A stretch of DNA of 64,000 nt. Origin: Candidatus Nomurabacteria bacterium. GTDB taxonomy: Bacteria > Patescibacteriota > Patescibacteriia > UBA1558 > GWA2-36-10. The translations under genes were made by a program, and so were the position numbers. Of the stretch, positions 30,382 to 39,843 are shown one piece after another. The DNA lies in the NCBI GenBank assembly GCA_020632415.1, contig JACKFO010000002.1, forward strand, positions 642,732 to 706,731, given 5' to 3'. How positions within the stretch are numbered: the stretch's first letter is position 1; each line of letters opens with the position of its first letter. The notes under the pieces were generated by a model that had not been told where the DNA came from, did no database searches, and saw only the letters and a list, made by a program, of their open reading frames with translations.

Positions 30382-32949
30382 TTAAGCAGCTATTTCATCA
30401 GCTTGATCAAAATTGATTGATAATAAATTTGAAATGCCATCATCGCCCATTGTCACGCCATAGATTATTTTTGCCTTGTGCATCAAAGCACGATTATGAG
30501 TAATGCCAATAAACTGCGTCTTATCAGAAAGCTCGGCTAAAATATCCGCTAAACGAATTGAATTTGCTTCATCCAAAGCTGCATCAACTTCATCCAAAAC
30601 CACAAATGGAGAAGGATTGTTAGCAATAATTGCGCAAATCAAAGCAATCGAGGTCAATGCCTTCTCGCCACCGGAAAGCATATTGATGCCAGAAAGTTTT
30701 TTTCCAGGAGGTGTGGCTAAAATTTCAATTCCATATTGCTTTTTGGTTTTTACTTCTTCTGGGTTATCATCTGAAAGATCGTCTTGATTTTCAGTTGAAG
30801 AATTGTCCAATGAAATTTCTTTGATATCCAAAATTAATTGCGCCCTACCGCCATTAAACAATTTTTTAAAATAACCACTAAACAATTGATTGATGTTTTG
30901 AAAAGCTTCATCAAACTGTTGAGAAATAGTTTCTTCTAAATCTTTAATTACTTTTTCCAAATGTTTAATTGCCTCATTTAAATCAGCAACTTGCGTACTC
31001 AAAAAAACAAAACGTTGATTAACTTCTTCGTACTCTTCTAAGACGCCTTGATCGATGGCGCCAATTTGGCTTAATTGATTTTTCAGGCTACTAATTTTTT
31101 GACGAGCAAGCTCTACTTCTAAATCTGCTGAAAATTTTACTCTGGAAAAACTTTTTGCCTCTTGTAAAATCTCTAGATCTAAATCTTCTTTTTTAGTTTC
31201 GACTTTAGCCATCAAAACTTTCACTTCATTAAGTTCGTTGTTTTTGGAATTAAATTCACTCTGTAATTCTCTAAATCTTTTTTGGTCAGCCAACAAAGAA
31301 GACTTCATTGTTTCTTCTTGCTGATTAAACTCAGCAATTTGCTGAGAAATTTCTACTGACAACTTTTCTTTTTCTTCAATTTTTGCTTCCAACTCTTTCA
31401 GCTGTTGATCAACTACGCTTGCTGATGGATTTGAACCAGCTGTTTGCAAATCACTCTCTATTTTTTTTAAATCATTTTCTGCCTGACTGATCTGCTCTTT
31501 GATTTGTTGCAAACTATGTTCTAAAACCGTTACTTCGGTTTTGGCCGAATTAACCTCGCTAACTAAATTATCTTTTTCTCCTAAAAGTTTATTAAACTCT
31601 AACTGCCAATTAATTTTTTGATCATCTGGACTTTCTTTGATTGAATGCCAAAGTCTTTTGGTATTTTCTTTCAAAGAATCAAAAATATTTCGCAAAGTTC
31701 CTAATTCTTCCAAATTTTTAATCTCAAAAACTTGAGAAAACAAATCATCTTGCGCTTGCACAATTTTTTCTAATTCTTCTGAAATATTTCCTTTAGAAAA
31801 ATTTTGTTGTTCTTGTAATTTTTTTTCTAAATCTTTAAACTGCGCAAGAATAGCTTGCTGTTTATTTTCCAGTTCAGCTAAAACTTCTTTTTTGCTAACT
31901 AATTCTTTATTTTTATCATTCAAAAATAACCTGTTTTTTTGAATGAGGTTAACTAATTCTTGCTGACGATTTTTTAGCCAAACCAAATCTCCTTTTCCTC
32001 CGGATAATAATTTTAAATCAGCCTTAGCTTCCAAAATCGTCTTTTCTTTTAACAAAGAATTTAGTTCATTTTGTTCTTGCTTTAGTTTGTCTTGTAAATT
32101 TTGGAATTTATCCTGCCGGGAATCAGCTTTGCTATGTTTATCCAAGTTGGTCTGCAAGACAACTAACTCTTGATTTAAGCTGCTGACTATTTTTTTTAAA
32201 CGATCGTGCTCACTTTGATTAGAGGCTAAGTCATTTTCTAGGTGGCTCAATAAAAAACTGTAATAATTGTTTTGTAATTCTTGTAATTCTTTTTCTAAGC
32301 CCTCTCTTCTCTCCAATTTATTTACCTGGCGAGTTAAGCTTTTTAAACGAGGCTCCAGTTCAGCTAAAATTTGATCAGTTTGTTCTAAATTTTCTTTTGA
32401 ATGTTCTAGCTTAGAAATTGCTTGATCTTTTTTGATCTGAAATTGTTTAACGCCAGTTGCTTCATCAAAAAACTCTTTTCTTTCAGCAGCAGAAGAAGTT
32501 AAAATCGAATCAATCATTCCCTGACCAATTACGCTGTAAGTCTTTTGACCAAAGTTTGCTTGAGCAAGTAAAAGCTGGACATCTAATAAACGAACTTTGT
32601 TGTTGTTAATCAAATATTCGCTTTCTCCTTTACGATCAATTTTACGAGAAATAATCACTTGTTCATAATCAATGTCCGCTTTACGATCATGATTGTTTAA
32701 ATACAAGTCAACTTGGGCATAACCAAGCTTTCCTTTTTTATCAGATCCCGCAAAAATAACATCATCTGATTTCTTGCCACGTAAAGTTTTGGCACTTTGC
32801 TCACCCAAAACCCAACGCACAGCATCAGCAATATTTGATTTTCCAGAACCGTTTGGTCCGACAATAGCGGTCAGCTCACGATTAAAAACCAGCGTGCTGG
32901 CTCTGGCAAATGATTTAAAACCTTGAATTTCTAGTTTCTCTAAATACAT
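30382..32949 (-). CDS. smc: chromosome segregation protein SMC (short, about 855 aa)
   Basis: N-terminal MYLEKLEIQGFKSF...GPNGSGKSN Walker A; long coiled coil; C-terminal LSGGEKALTSIAL signature and DEVDAALD Walker B; start at internal M29 of the track ORF. Confidence 0.8.
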   Translation of the reverse strand: MYLEKLEIQGFKSFARASTLVFNRELTAIVGPNGSGKSNIADAVRWVLGEQSAKTLRGKKSDDVIFAGSDKKGKLGYAQVDLYLNNHDRKADIDYEQVIISRKIDRKGESEYLINNNKVRLLDVQLLLAQANFGQKTYSVIGQGMIDSILTSSAAERKEFFDEATGVKQFQIKKDQAISKLEHSKENLEQTDQILAELEPRLKSLTRQVNKLERREGLEKELQELQNNYYSFLLSHLENDLASNQSEHDRLKKIVSSLNQELVVLQTNLDKHSKADSRQDKFQNLQDKLKQEQNELNSLLKEKTILEAKADLKLLSGGKGDLVWLKNRQQELVNLIQKNRLFLNDKNKELVSKKEVLAELENKQQAILAQFKDLEKKLQEQQNFSKGNISEELEKIVQAQDDLFSQVFEIKNLEELGTLRNIFDSLKENTKRLWHSIKESPDDQKINWQLEFNKLLGEKDNLVSEVNSAKTEVTVLEHSLQQIKEQISQAENDLKKIESDLQTAGSNPSASVVDQQLKELEAKIEEKEKLSVEISQQIAEFNQQEETMKSSLLADQKRFRELQSEFNSKNNELNEVKVLMAKVETKKEDLDLEILQEAKSFSRVKFSADLEVELARQKISSLKNQLSQIGAIDQGVLEEYEEVNQRFVFLSTQVADLNEAIKHLEKVIKDLEETISQQFDEAFQNINQLFSGYFKKLFNGGRAQLILDIKEISLDNSSTENQDDLSDDNPEEVKTKKQYGIEILATPPGKKLSGINMLSGGEKALTSIALICAIIANNPSPFVVLDEVDAALDEANSIRLADILAELSDKTQFIGITHNRALMHKAKIIYGVTMGDDGISNLLSINFDQADEIAA

Positions 32950-33040
32950 AGTGCAATTAAAAATAATCGCCAAAAGCAAATCCGCCTCTGGCGGAAAAAC
33001 TATTGATATTTTATCACATTTTCTTTTCTTCAACCAGTTT

Positions 33041-33086
33041 TAAAACAAAAAGAAAAATCGCTCAGTTCACAAAGGACACTGAGCGA
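33041..33086 (-). terminator. intrinsic terminator on the minus strand, immediately upstream of smc
   Basis: atcgctcagt/actgagcgat 10-bp stem; on the minus strand it is followed by tttttctttttgtttt. Confidence 0.45.
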
Positions 33087-33640
33087 TCGCAGCAGTTGTG
33101 CCGATCCACGGGGACCGGTCCGCCAAAACACCCAGTCGGGTGGTAGTGGCCAAAGGTAGCGGAAGGCGGCGCGGGGTTGAACGAATTCAGACTCGTCAAA
33201 ACGCGAACGAGAAGCCTCGCACCTCACCTTTGCAGTCGCGTCAACAGCCCGCAAGGCCTCTCGTGTTTACCACGAAATAGGAGGTTCCAATGGCATCGAA
33301 CGGTTGTGCGCCACCTTCCGCATTTTCTTTTCTTGCTAAAGAGCCAAGAAGACTTATTTAGTATAAGATCAGAAAAGAAAATTGTCAAATATATATTTAA
33401 ACAAAAGAAAAACTGCCCAGTTCTCAAGGAACTCTGGGCAGCTTGGGGGGCCTCTTTCGAGGCGTCGTCGCAGCAGCAGAAAGCCGGGGCACAGGGAGCG
33501 TCACACACACAGGTCGGTAGGAAGTTATCTGGAAAAGTCCAGGCGGACTTTTGGCTGCAAAATAAGGAAGGAGCACAAAATCATTATCAAAATACACGAA
33601 AACAATTATTTTGTCAAGACCAACAAAAAACTCATCTGTC
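33087..33640 (-). ncRNA. GC-rich, ORF-poor region: candidate structured RNA gene(s) of unknown class
   Basis: G+C far above flanks; only overlapping, biased-composition ORFs on both strands; bounded by three minus-strand intrinsic terminators (33041-86, 33398-440, 33641-79). Confidence 0.25.
33398..33440 (-). terminator. intrinsic terminator on the minus strand inside the GC-rich island
   Basis: ctgcccag/ctgggcag 8-bp stem followed on the minus strand by tttttcttttgttt. Confidence 0.4.
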
Positions 33641-33679
33641 CAAATAAAAAACATTCCGCCAAAGTCAGACTTTGGCGGA
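33641..33679 (-). terminator. intrinsic terminator on the minus strand downstream of rnc
   Basis: ttccgccaaag/ctttggcggaa 11-bp stem followed on the minus strand by tgttttttattt. Confidence 0.45.
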
Positions 33680-33774
33680 ACGGAGCGCTCTCAAAAACCA
33701 TTACGGTAAGTAGATCCGGATCTGGCCTCTGGGCAGCTACACAATCATTTGAGTAAAAGAGCTATTATCTAAGT

Positions 33775-34476
33775 TTATTTATCTTCCCAGCCTTTTTTCA
33801 ACAAGCCTTTAGCAGCAGCATCAGTTTGCGCTTCCTGTTTACTAAAACCTTCGCCTTCAGCTACTAATTCTTTTTCTAAATAAACTCCGACAATAAATCT
33901 CTTATTATGATCTGGTCCTGATTCAGCAATCACTCGATAATTTGGTGTGATTCCGACTAACTCTTGAGCCTTTTCTTGAAAATTAGTTTTTGGATCAATA
34001 TATGATTTCTCTTCGATGATTTTTTCTAAATTAACAATCAAATTTTCTCTGATAAACTTTTCTGCTGTTTTATATCCTTGATCTAAATAGATTGCTCCCA
34101 CTACCGCTTCAAAAGTGTTGGCCAAAATATAGCTACGAGCTTTTTTATTTTTATCGCGAGCCTCTCCCCGACTCATATGAAGCCAACGATATAAGTCTAA
34201 ATTTTCTGAAGCGGCGGCAAGTTGATCACGATTTACTAAACTCGAGCGCCAATTAGTCAAAACACCCTCTGCTTCTTGAAAATTTTTATACAAATAATCA
34301 GTAACAACTAATTCTAGCACTGCGTCACCTAAAAATTCTAAACGCTCATTATGATCTAGGGCAAAGTTTTTATGTTCATTTAAATAAGATCTATGCACCA
34401 AAGCAGATTTTAAAAAGTCACGGTTCTTAAAAGTGACTTTTAGTTTCTCTTCCAAATCTTTCAAATTCTTCTCCAT
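33775..34476 (-). CDS. rnc: ribonuclease III
   Basis: ERLEFLGDAVLELVV RNase III signature; C-terminal dsRBD. Confidence 0.85.
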   Translation of the reverse strand: MEKNLKDLEEKLKVTFKNRDFLKSALVHRSYLNEHKNFALDHNERLEFLGDAVLELVVTDYLYKNFQEAEGVLTNWRSSLVNRDQLAAASENLDLYRWLHMSRGEARDKNKKARSYILANTFEAVVGAIYLDQGYKTAEKFIRENLIVNLEKIIEEKSYIDPKTNFQEKAQELVGITPNYRVIAESGPDHNKRFIVGVYLEKELVAEGEGFSKQEAQTDAAAKGLLKKGWEDK

Positions 34477-34482
34477 AAAAAA

Positions 34483-35346
34483 TTATTCTAAACCCAACTT
34501 CTTTAGTCCTAGATTAAAAATGTCATGAGCATTTTCATAACCTAATATTTTTTTTGCCTCTTCTTTGGAAAACCACTTTACGTCTTGTAATTCATTGACT
34601 TTCGGAACAGTTAGCTCGGTTTGATTGGTAAAAATCAAAAAATATTTAATCATTTTACGATAAGGGGTTTCATTTGGCTTATGTACTTTGACCTGTGTTT
34701 CTCCTAAATAATCGATGATTTCTAAGTTGTGTAAACCAGTTTCTTCTTCTAATTCTCTGACCGCAGCATCTTCTAAACTTTCGCCTTGTTCAACATGTCC
34801 TTTTGGAAAAGTCCACTTGCCATAAGCATCTAAAATCAAAACAAAATAATAACCATCGTCACTTTTGCGATAAATCAAACCACCAGCAGAAACTTCTTTG
34901 ATTCCTTGTTCTTCTAGATTTTGTTTTTCGCCATTTTGAGACATCTCTTTGTAGATACTACCTAAAACTCCGTTAACAAATTTACCAGATGAATCACCAC
35001 CAAAAGCTTTGGCTAGCTCTATTGCTTCGTTGATTGCTACTTTTGGTGGAATTTCCAAACTCATTTTCAATTCATAGATTCCGATCCGCAAAACATTACG
35101 ATCAACAATCGTGATTTGATCCAATGGCCATTCAGGAGCAAATTTTTTAATCAAAGCATCAAGCTCATTTTTTTTAGCAACAACTTGTTTTACCAACTCA
35201 TCAGCAAAACCCTGATCATCAAAATCAGGAGCAAACTCATCGTGATTTTTATGCAAAATCTCAGAAGGAACTGCGTTGCCCTCTTTAAAATCCCATTCAA
35301 ATAATGATTGTAAGGCTAAAGTTCGAGCTAAATGTCGATTGGCCAT
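34483..35346 (-). CDS. nusB: NusB antitermination factor fused to a C-terminal NUDIX hydrolase domain
   Basis: N-terminus MANRHLARTLALQSLFEWDF is NusB-like; C-terminus has NUDIX box GHVEQGESLEDAAVRELEEETGL. Confidence 0.65.
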   Translation of the reverse strand: MANRHLARTLALQSLFEWDFKEGNAVPSEILHKNHDEFAPDFDDQGFADELVKQVVAKKNELDALIKKFAPEWPLDQITIVDRNVLRIGIYELKMSLEIPPKVAINEAIELAKAFGGDSSGKFVNGVLGSIYKEMSQNGEKQNLEEQGIKEVSAGGLIYRKSDDGYYFVLILDAYGKWTFPKGHVEQGESLEDAAVRELEEETGLHNLEIIDYLGETQVKVHKPNETPYRKMIKYFLIFTNQTELTVPKVNELQDVKWFSKEEAKKILGYENAHDIFNLGLKKLGLE

Positions 35347-35358
35347 GATTTTATTTTT

Positions 35359-35550
35359 TTATTTTTTAGAAATATTTTTCGCAGGCACTTTTTTCTCACC
35401 TTTAAAATAACCGCATTTAGGGCAGGCACGGTGTGGCAAAATGCTAGCACTACAATTTTTACAAACCAAAACACTTGGTTTTTTTAAGGCAAAATGAGAA
35501 GCTCTTCTGCGAGCTGACGATTTTGTACGTTTTTGTGAAGGTAAACCCAT
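35359..35550 (-). CDS. rpmF: 50S ribosomal protein L32
   Basis: 63 aa; KRTKSSARRRASH...C-x2-C...C-x2-C zinc ribbon typical of L32. Confidence 0.8.
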   Translation of the reverse strand: MGLPSQKRTKSSARRRASHFALKKPSVLVCKNCSASILPHRACPKCGYFKGEKKVPAKNISKK

Positions 35551-35698
35551 AAAATTATTTAATTTATTAGAAAATCTTTTTGTGGCTTAGATAATACTGG
35601 AAAAAACCACTTTGGTCAAGATAAGTATCCAAATTATACCACAAAGCTTAAGAAAAAGCGACATTTTAAAGCTTAATCTAAATGTTTTTAAAATGGAC

Positions 35699-35727
35699 TT
35701 GACAATATTTTTAATGTATGCTACAAT
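35699..35727 (+). promoter_or_regulatory. consensus sigma70 promoter (TTGACA-17-TACAAT) with no protein gene downstream
   Basis: ttgaca at 35699-35704, 17-nt spacer, tacaat at 35722-35727. Confidence 0.45.
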
Positions 35728-35733
35728 GCTTTA

Positions 35734-35955
35734 TCCAGTAAGGAAAACATCAAAAATAGAAATTAAAATAAAAAATCCCTAAAAACAGCAGATTTAAAAA
35801 GCATCTTTCTAGCTAGCTGTGTCCACGACAAGCATGGGGATCATTTTTGGATTTCATTCGGCTCAGGCTAAATTATTTCTAATAATGATTTTCTTGGACG
35901 CAGCTAATTGGAAAGATTCTAAAAACAAAAACCGCCTGTAATCAGGCGATTTTTT
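35734..35955 (+). ncRNA. candidate ~220-nt sRNA (promoter to intrinsic terminator), class unknown
   Basis: Transcript bounded by the promoter above and the cgcctg-taat-caggcg hairpin plus T8 at 35931-35955; lies between convergent/divergent minus-strand genes; only a 35-aa ORF without SD inside. Confidence 0.3.
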
Positions 35956-37814
35956 TATTGACTAATTTCTTCTGGAGTGGAGCTAGTATTCTCAGCATCC
36001 AGCTCTTCTTGTGTCACGCCCAACAAACAAACCTCCTGCCAAGGCACATAGTGACTACGGAAAGTCGTCACTATTGGCTCTTCGCTGTTTGGATACAAAA
36101 CAGAATAATCAAATTTTGCATCAGCACCATTGTGCGCTCGCTCAGTACACTTGGTTTGACCTGGTTCCAAATCTAAAGTTTTGATAATTTTCTTTTCTGG
36201 TGGCGGAGTAATATTATAAACCTCGGGTTGAGTCATGATCACTTGTCGACCATCTTTGGTTCCCCAATAATCAAAATATATTTTTGTGCCTTCAATTCGA
36301 CTTTGAATCAAAATATATTTTTCGGTGTCATTTTTGAATCTAAAATCTGGCCAAGGATCATAAATCGTTGCGTCAGTTCCAGCTGGCTCATAATAAGAAA
36401 CACGATAGGAATGATTTCTTCGTTCAGTGATCGGCAGACCAGATGACAAGGCTCCACGAAAAACAGTTGTGCCAATCTGACAAAGTCCTCCGCCGTATTC
36501 TGGCTTCGTCTCATTTCCCTTGATTACCAACTCTTGCAAATAACCATGCTCGCCATCTATTTCTCCTAAAGTTGCCAGCAAAGAAAATTCTTCTTGTGGC
36601 GCAATCAAAGTTCCGTTAACAGCCGCTGCCCCGACACTAATATTGTGCACACGATTTCGCGGACTACCAGTAAAATCAGAAATGCCTGTACCAATGATTT
36701 CTAAAATTCCCAAACTATTTACATCGTCATTACTAATTTTGGGATCAATCGTTTCTACTGACAAATTAATCAAATAATTTTCATTTTGATTGTTTAAAAC
36801 AGACTCTAAATCAGAAATTATTTTTTCCCAATCCAATGCCCTGCCTGGCTGACTAGAAACAAACTCCTCAACTTTTCCTTCTGAAACTTCAAACTTAGCG
36901 TCTTTTACCGGCTGCTCTATTTGTTTGCTGATTCCTCGATCAATAAAATATTGCTCTAGTTTTTTTTCATCTATTCCTAAATAAGGAGCAACTGGCCCTA
37001 TTTTCAAAACTAACCAAGGATTCCAAATGTCTTTAGTGACGTCCCAGGTTTCTTCTTCAAAAACAAAATGAAGCTCGTCTCGATCGGCTGCGGCCAAAAT
37101 TTCCGCTTCTCGATCCTTGATCATTTTAGCGCTAAGTTCTGGATCGCCAGTACTAATCAATAAACTAATTTCTTTATTTTCTAAAGTAGCAATTTGTTTT
37201 TCTGTGTCTGCCAAAGCTGTTTGATAATCAAAAATTTGTCCGCTCTGACCAGGAATAATTTTTAACTCTCCATCTAATATTTCAAAACTAGCTTCTTTTT
37301 TCTCAGTCAAAACATCTTTTAAACCATTTTGTAAAATATTAAGATGCTGTTCTTTGTCCCATTTATATTGCAAAACAAAGTCTTTTCCTTTCCACATTGT
37401 AATTAATTTAGAGAAAAGATTTTTCCAACTTTTGTCTTGTTGCCAAACAAAAATTTGATCTAAACTTTTTTCAATATCCCAAGAAACAAGAGCATAAGAA
37501 CTATCGGTTGATTCAATCGAATTTACATTTGGGTAAACTATAATATTTTTTAAATCTGACTGATAAATAAAGCCTCGGCGAGAAATAAAATCTACCCTCT
37601 TTTGCAACAAGTCTCGAGCTTCTTCATAACTTAAATTTTCTACTAGATTAGAACCAATGCTGACTTTTGGCAAAATCACATTTTGATAATTTTGATTAAC
37701 CGTCATGTTAGTCAGCCAAAAAGCTAAAAGCAAAATAGCAAAAATAGCCGATAAGATCAGCGGCCATTTTAACCAAGACATTTTTTTAATTTTTGCTACC
37801 TGCTCTTCAATCAT
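35955..37814 (-). CDS. VanW-family protein (membrane anchored, large extracytoplasmic region)
   Basis: C-terminal GGGLCQIGTTVFRGALSSGLPITERRNHSY matches the VanW domain core; N-terminal TM. Confidence 0.6.
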   Translation of the reverse strand: MIEEQVAKIKKMSWLKWPLILSAIFAILLLAFWLTNMTVNQNYQNVILPKVSIGSNLVENLSYEEARDLLQKRVDFISRRGFIYQSDLKNIIVYPNVNSIESTDSSYALVSWDIEKSLDQIFVWQQDKSWKNLFSKLITMWKGKDFVLQYKWDKEQHLNILQNGLKDVLTEKKEASFEILDGELKIIPGQSGQIFDYQTALADTEKQIATLENKEISLLISTGDPELSAKMIKDREAEILAAADRDELHFVFEEETWDVTKDIWNPWLVLKIGPVAPYLGIDEKKLEQYFIDRGISKQIEQPVKDAKFEVSEGKVEEFVSSQPGRALDWEKIISDLESVLNNQNENYLINLSVETIDPKISNDDVNSLGILEIIGTGISDFTGSPRNRVHNISVGAAAVNGTLIAPQEEFSLLATLGEIDGEHGYLQELVIKGNETKPEYGGGLCQIGTTVFRGALSSGLPITERRNHSYRVSYYEPAGTDATIYDPWPDFRFKNDTEKYILIQSRIEGTKIYFDYWGTKDGRQVIMTQPEVYNITPPPEKKIIKTLDLEPGQTKCTERAHNGADAKFDYSVLYPNSEEPIVTTFRSHYVPWQEVCLLGVTQEELDAENTSSTPEEISQ

Positions 37815-37824
37815 TTAAGTCGAG

Positions 37825-38052
37825 TTACTCTTCTTTATTATTGCCAACTAGTTCATTTAACATTTCTTTTTTGTAATCATCGGAACTCGGCATAATTTTT
37901 GTATCGGCGCTCAAGAAAATTCCTTCTTTAAAATCCGGATGAGCTTCCAAAAGAAATTTTGGCAAAACTATTTCCATGCCATTTTCAGTTTCTAAAAAAA
38001 CTTTTTCCTCTTCTTCTTTTTTAAAATTAAGTCGTAAATTTTGAATCAACAT
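37825..38052 (-). CDS. 75-aa hypothetical protein, co-operonic with the VanW-family gene
   Basis: Small acidic protein; no family recognised. Confidence 0.3.
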   Translation of the reverse strand: MLIQNLRLNFKKEEEEKVFLETENGMEIVLPKFLLEAHPDFKEGIFLSADTKIMPSSDDYKKEMLNELVGNNKEE

Positions 38053-38063
38053 TTTTCTATACT

Positions 38064-38543
38064 TTAATTTTCATCTTTTACTTTAATCTCTTTTTCTTTT
38101 TTCTTTGCCTTTGGTAAGGTGATTGTCAAAATTCCATTTTTCATTGCTGCGTCTACTTTGTCAGCTTCAACTTCTACTGGTAAAATTATTGAGCGCGAAA
38201 AACTTCCCCAATAACATTCCTGATAAAAATAATCATCTTCTTTAACCGTGCGATCTTTCTCTCGGCTACCACGAATCGTGATCATATCATTATCAATCGA
38301 GATATCAATATCTTCTGGTTCAACACCAGCAACAGTTGATTTAATAATCACATTATTTTTATCCTGATAAACATCAACGGTCAATTGCCCTTCTTCGTCA
38401 ATCTCTTCTTCCATTGCCTCTAGCTCTTGATCATTCCAAGGATCTGCTTCTTCCTCGGTTTCATCTTCTGTTAACTCCTCTTCTTCTACGTTTTCTAGTT
38501 CTACTTCTTCCTCGGTTTGTTTTTTGTTTTTCTTTTTAAACAT
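38064..38543 (-). CDS. Hsp20/alpha-crystallin family small heat-shock protein with acidic N-terminal extension
   Basis: alpha-crystallin core DVYQDKNNVIIKSTVAGVEPEDIDISID...AAMKNGILTITLPK. Confidence 0.75.
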   Translation of the reverse strand: MFKKKNKKQTEEEVELENVEEEELTEDETEEEADPWNDQELEAMEEEIDEEGQLTVDVYQDKNNVIIKSTVAGVEPEDIDISIDNDMITIRGSREKDRTVKEDDYFYQECYWGSFSRSIILPVEVEADKVDAAMKNGILTITLPKAKKKEKEIKVKDEN

Positions 38544-38679
38544 AGTTTATATTTTTGCTTCTTTTAATACCTATATTATAAAAGTTTAAAGCCGGATTGT
38601 AAAGAAGCCTTACTTGATTTTTTATCCAAAATCAGCTATAAATACACTTGTTAAAATTTTAAATGATTTTAACTACTGT

Positions 38680-38764
38680 GCCGGAGTGGTGAAATTGGTA
38701 GACACGCTTGGCTTAGGACCAAGTGCCTTCGGGCGTGGGGGTTCAAGTCCCTTCTCCGGTACCA
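38680..38764 (+). tRNA. tRNA-Leu (anticodon TAG), long variable arm
   Basis: acceptor gccggag/ctccggt, anticodon loop cttagga, extra arm, CCA. Confidence 0.8.
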
Positions 38765-38771
38765 GATTAAA

Positions 38772-38848
38772 GGGTGTATAGCTCAGCTGGTTAGAGCGTT
38801 ACATTGACATTGTAGAGGTCAGAGGTTCGAGTCCTCTTACACCCACCA
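38772..38848 (+). tRNA. tRNA-Val (anticodon GAC)
   Basis: gggtgtatagctcagctggttagagc...ttgacat...ggttcgagtcc...cacccacca. Confidence 0.85.
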
Positions 38849-38866
38849 TTTTATACAAACAAAAAA

Positions 38867-38895
38867 CACCCGATATAAGGGTGGTTTTTATTTTT
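38867..38895 (+). terminator. intrinsic terminator after the tRNA pair
   Basis: caccc-gatataa-gggtg followed by tttttattttt. Confidence 0.45.
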
Positions 38896-39125
38896 AGCTA
38901 AAAATTTAATTACAGAAAAAATCCTTCTAAAAAATCCGTAAAAGAAAAATCGATCGCTTTCAGAAAAAAGAAAATTGCCAAAACTAACAAAATTGGTGCC
39001 CAAGGTAAGTTAGCGGCAATTGAAACTGGCATTTCCACAAATAATCCGTGTAAAATATCTCTCATTTTTTTTAAAATTAAGCAATTTTAATATACTCTCT
39101 TCTCTTTTTAATTTCAAGCAAACCA

Positions 39126-39154
39126 TTGACAAAATTTATAATTTATCCTATTAT
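39126..39154 (+). promoter_or_regulatory. sigma70-like promoter (TTGACA-17-TATTAT) upstream of the GC-rich membrane gene
   Basis: ttgaca aaatttataatttatcc tattat. Confidence 0.35.
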
Positions 39155-39193
39155 AAATTAATTTTGCACATCTTCAAACTCAAGGAGAATCCG

Positions 39194-39769
39194 GTGGAAA
39201 ACCTCTTCTTTTTCCTAGATTGGAAGCTCTTGTTTGCTTCCTTCATCCTGAACACACTGGCCATCTGCGCCATGTTGATCGTCCAGTGGTGCGAAAGCAC
39301 TTCAGGAGTGATCAGACCAAGACACCACATAATCCCCAGCACCAAGCAGAAGTTCCTCTACTGGCAGGACTTCTACTGCCAAAAGTGGGGTAACGTCTGG
39401 GGCATGCCTCTGATGCTCTACCCTACGATGTTCCTTTACAAGTACAACTGCCTAGATTCCTGGTCGCTCTTGTTCGCGTTGCTGGCAATTCTTGCCACCA
39501 GAGCATTCTTCAAAGAATGCACAAAGAAGACACATAAGCCGGATTGGGGCTACCCCAAGCCAGGAGAACACAGCTTCAGCGGAACACTCCACTTGACCTA
39601 CTTTGGGTTTTATATCTTTGTCGTGATCACCTCGATCTATTCCATGATCAGAGGCTACCTGGTCCGAGAAGAAATCTTCGTTTTCTTCCTCGGTGCGACG
39701 ATCTACATCGCAACCTGGGTCAAAGACGTCAGGTCTGGTAACTTCGCCAAACTGGAGAAAATCCATTGA
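39194..39769 (+). CDS. 191-aa polytopic membrane protein in GC-rich island (hypothetical, GTG start)
   Basis: aaggag RBS 6 nt before the GTG at 39194 (in frame with the track ORF 39020..39769); 4-5 TM; Cys/Trp/His rich; no family recognised. Confidence 0.45.
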   Translation: MENLFFFLDWKLLFASFILNTLAICAMLIVQWCESTSGVIRPRHHIIPSTKQKFLYWQDFYCQKWGNVWGMPLMLYPTMFLYKYNCLDSWSLLFALLAILATRAFFKECTKKTHKPDWGYPKPGEHSFSGTLHLTYFGFYIFVVITSIYSMIRGYLVREEIFVFFLGATIYIATWVKDVRSGNFAKLEKIH

Positions 39770-39843
39770 AAACCCTCCGTTTCCTGAATCAGCTCTGGGG
39801 CTGGTTCAGTCATGGCGAGCTTCACTGGTAAGCTCAGCTCCTC

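Noticed and set aside
30503-30787. 94-aa plus-strand ORF
   Set aside because: It is antisense within smc.
33472-33548. Motifs resembling the two RNase P RNA P4 strands (cagaaagccgggg and ggaaaagtccagg) on the plus strand
   Set aside because: They occur in the wrong 5'->3' order and spacing for a bacterial RNase P RNA on either strand, and the matches are imperfect. Kept only as a generic structured-RNA candidate.
33098-33756. Five mutually overlapping ORFs on both strands (33098..33280, 33177..33647, 33224..33508, 33382..33756, 33424..33654)
   Set aside because: They are mutually exclusive with no RBS and have Arg/Gly/Pro/Ser-rich compositions typical of random GC-rich frames. The region is better explained as non-coding RNA.
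38905-39066. 53-aa minus-strand hydrophobic ORF (MRDILHGLFVEMPVSIAANLPW...)
   Set aside because: There is no SD or promoter evidence and it is too short to support. It could be a real membrane peptide but was left unannotated.
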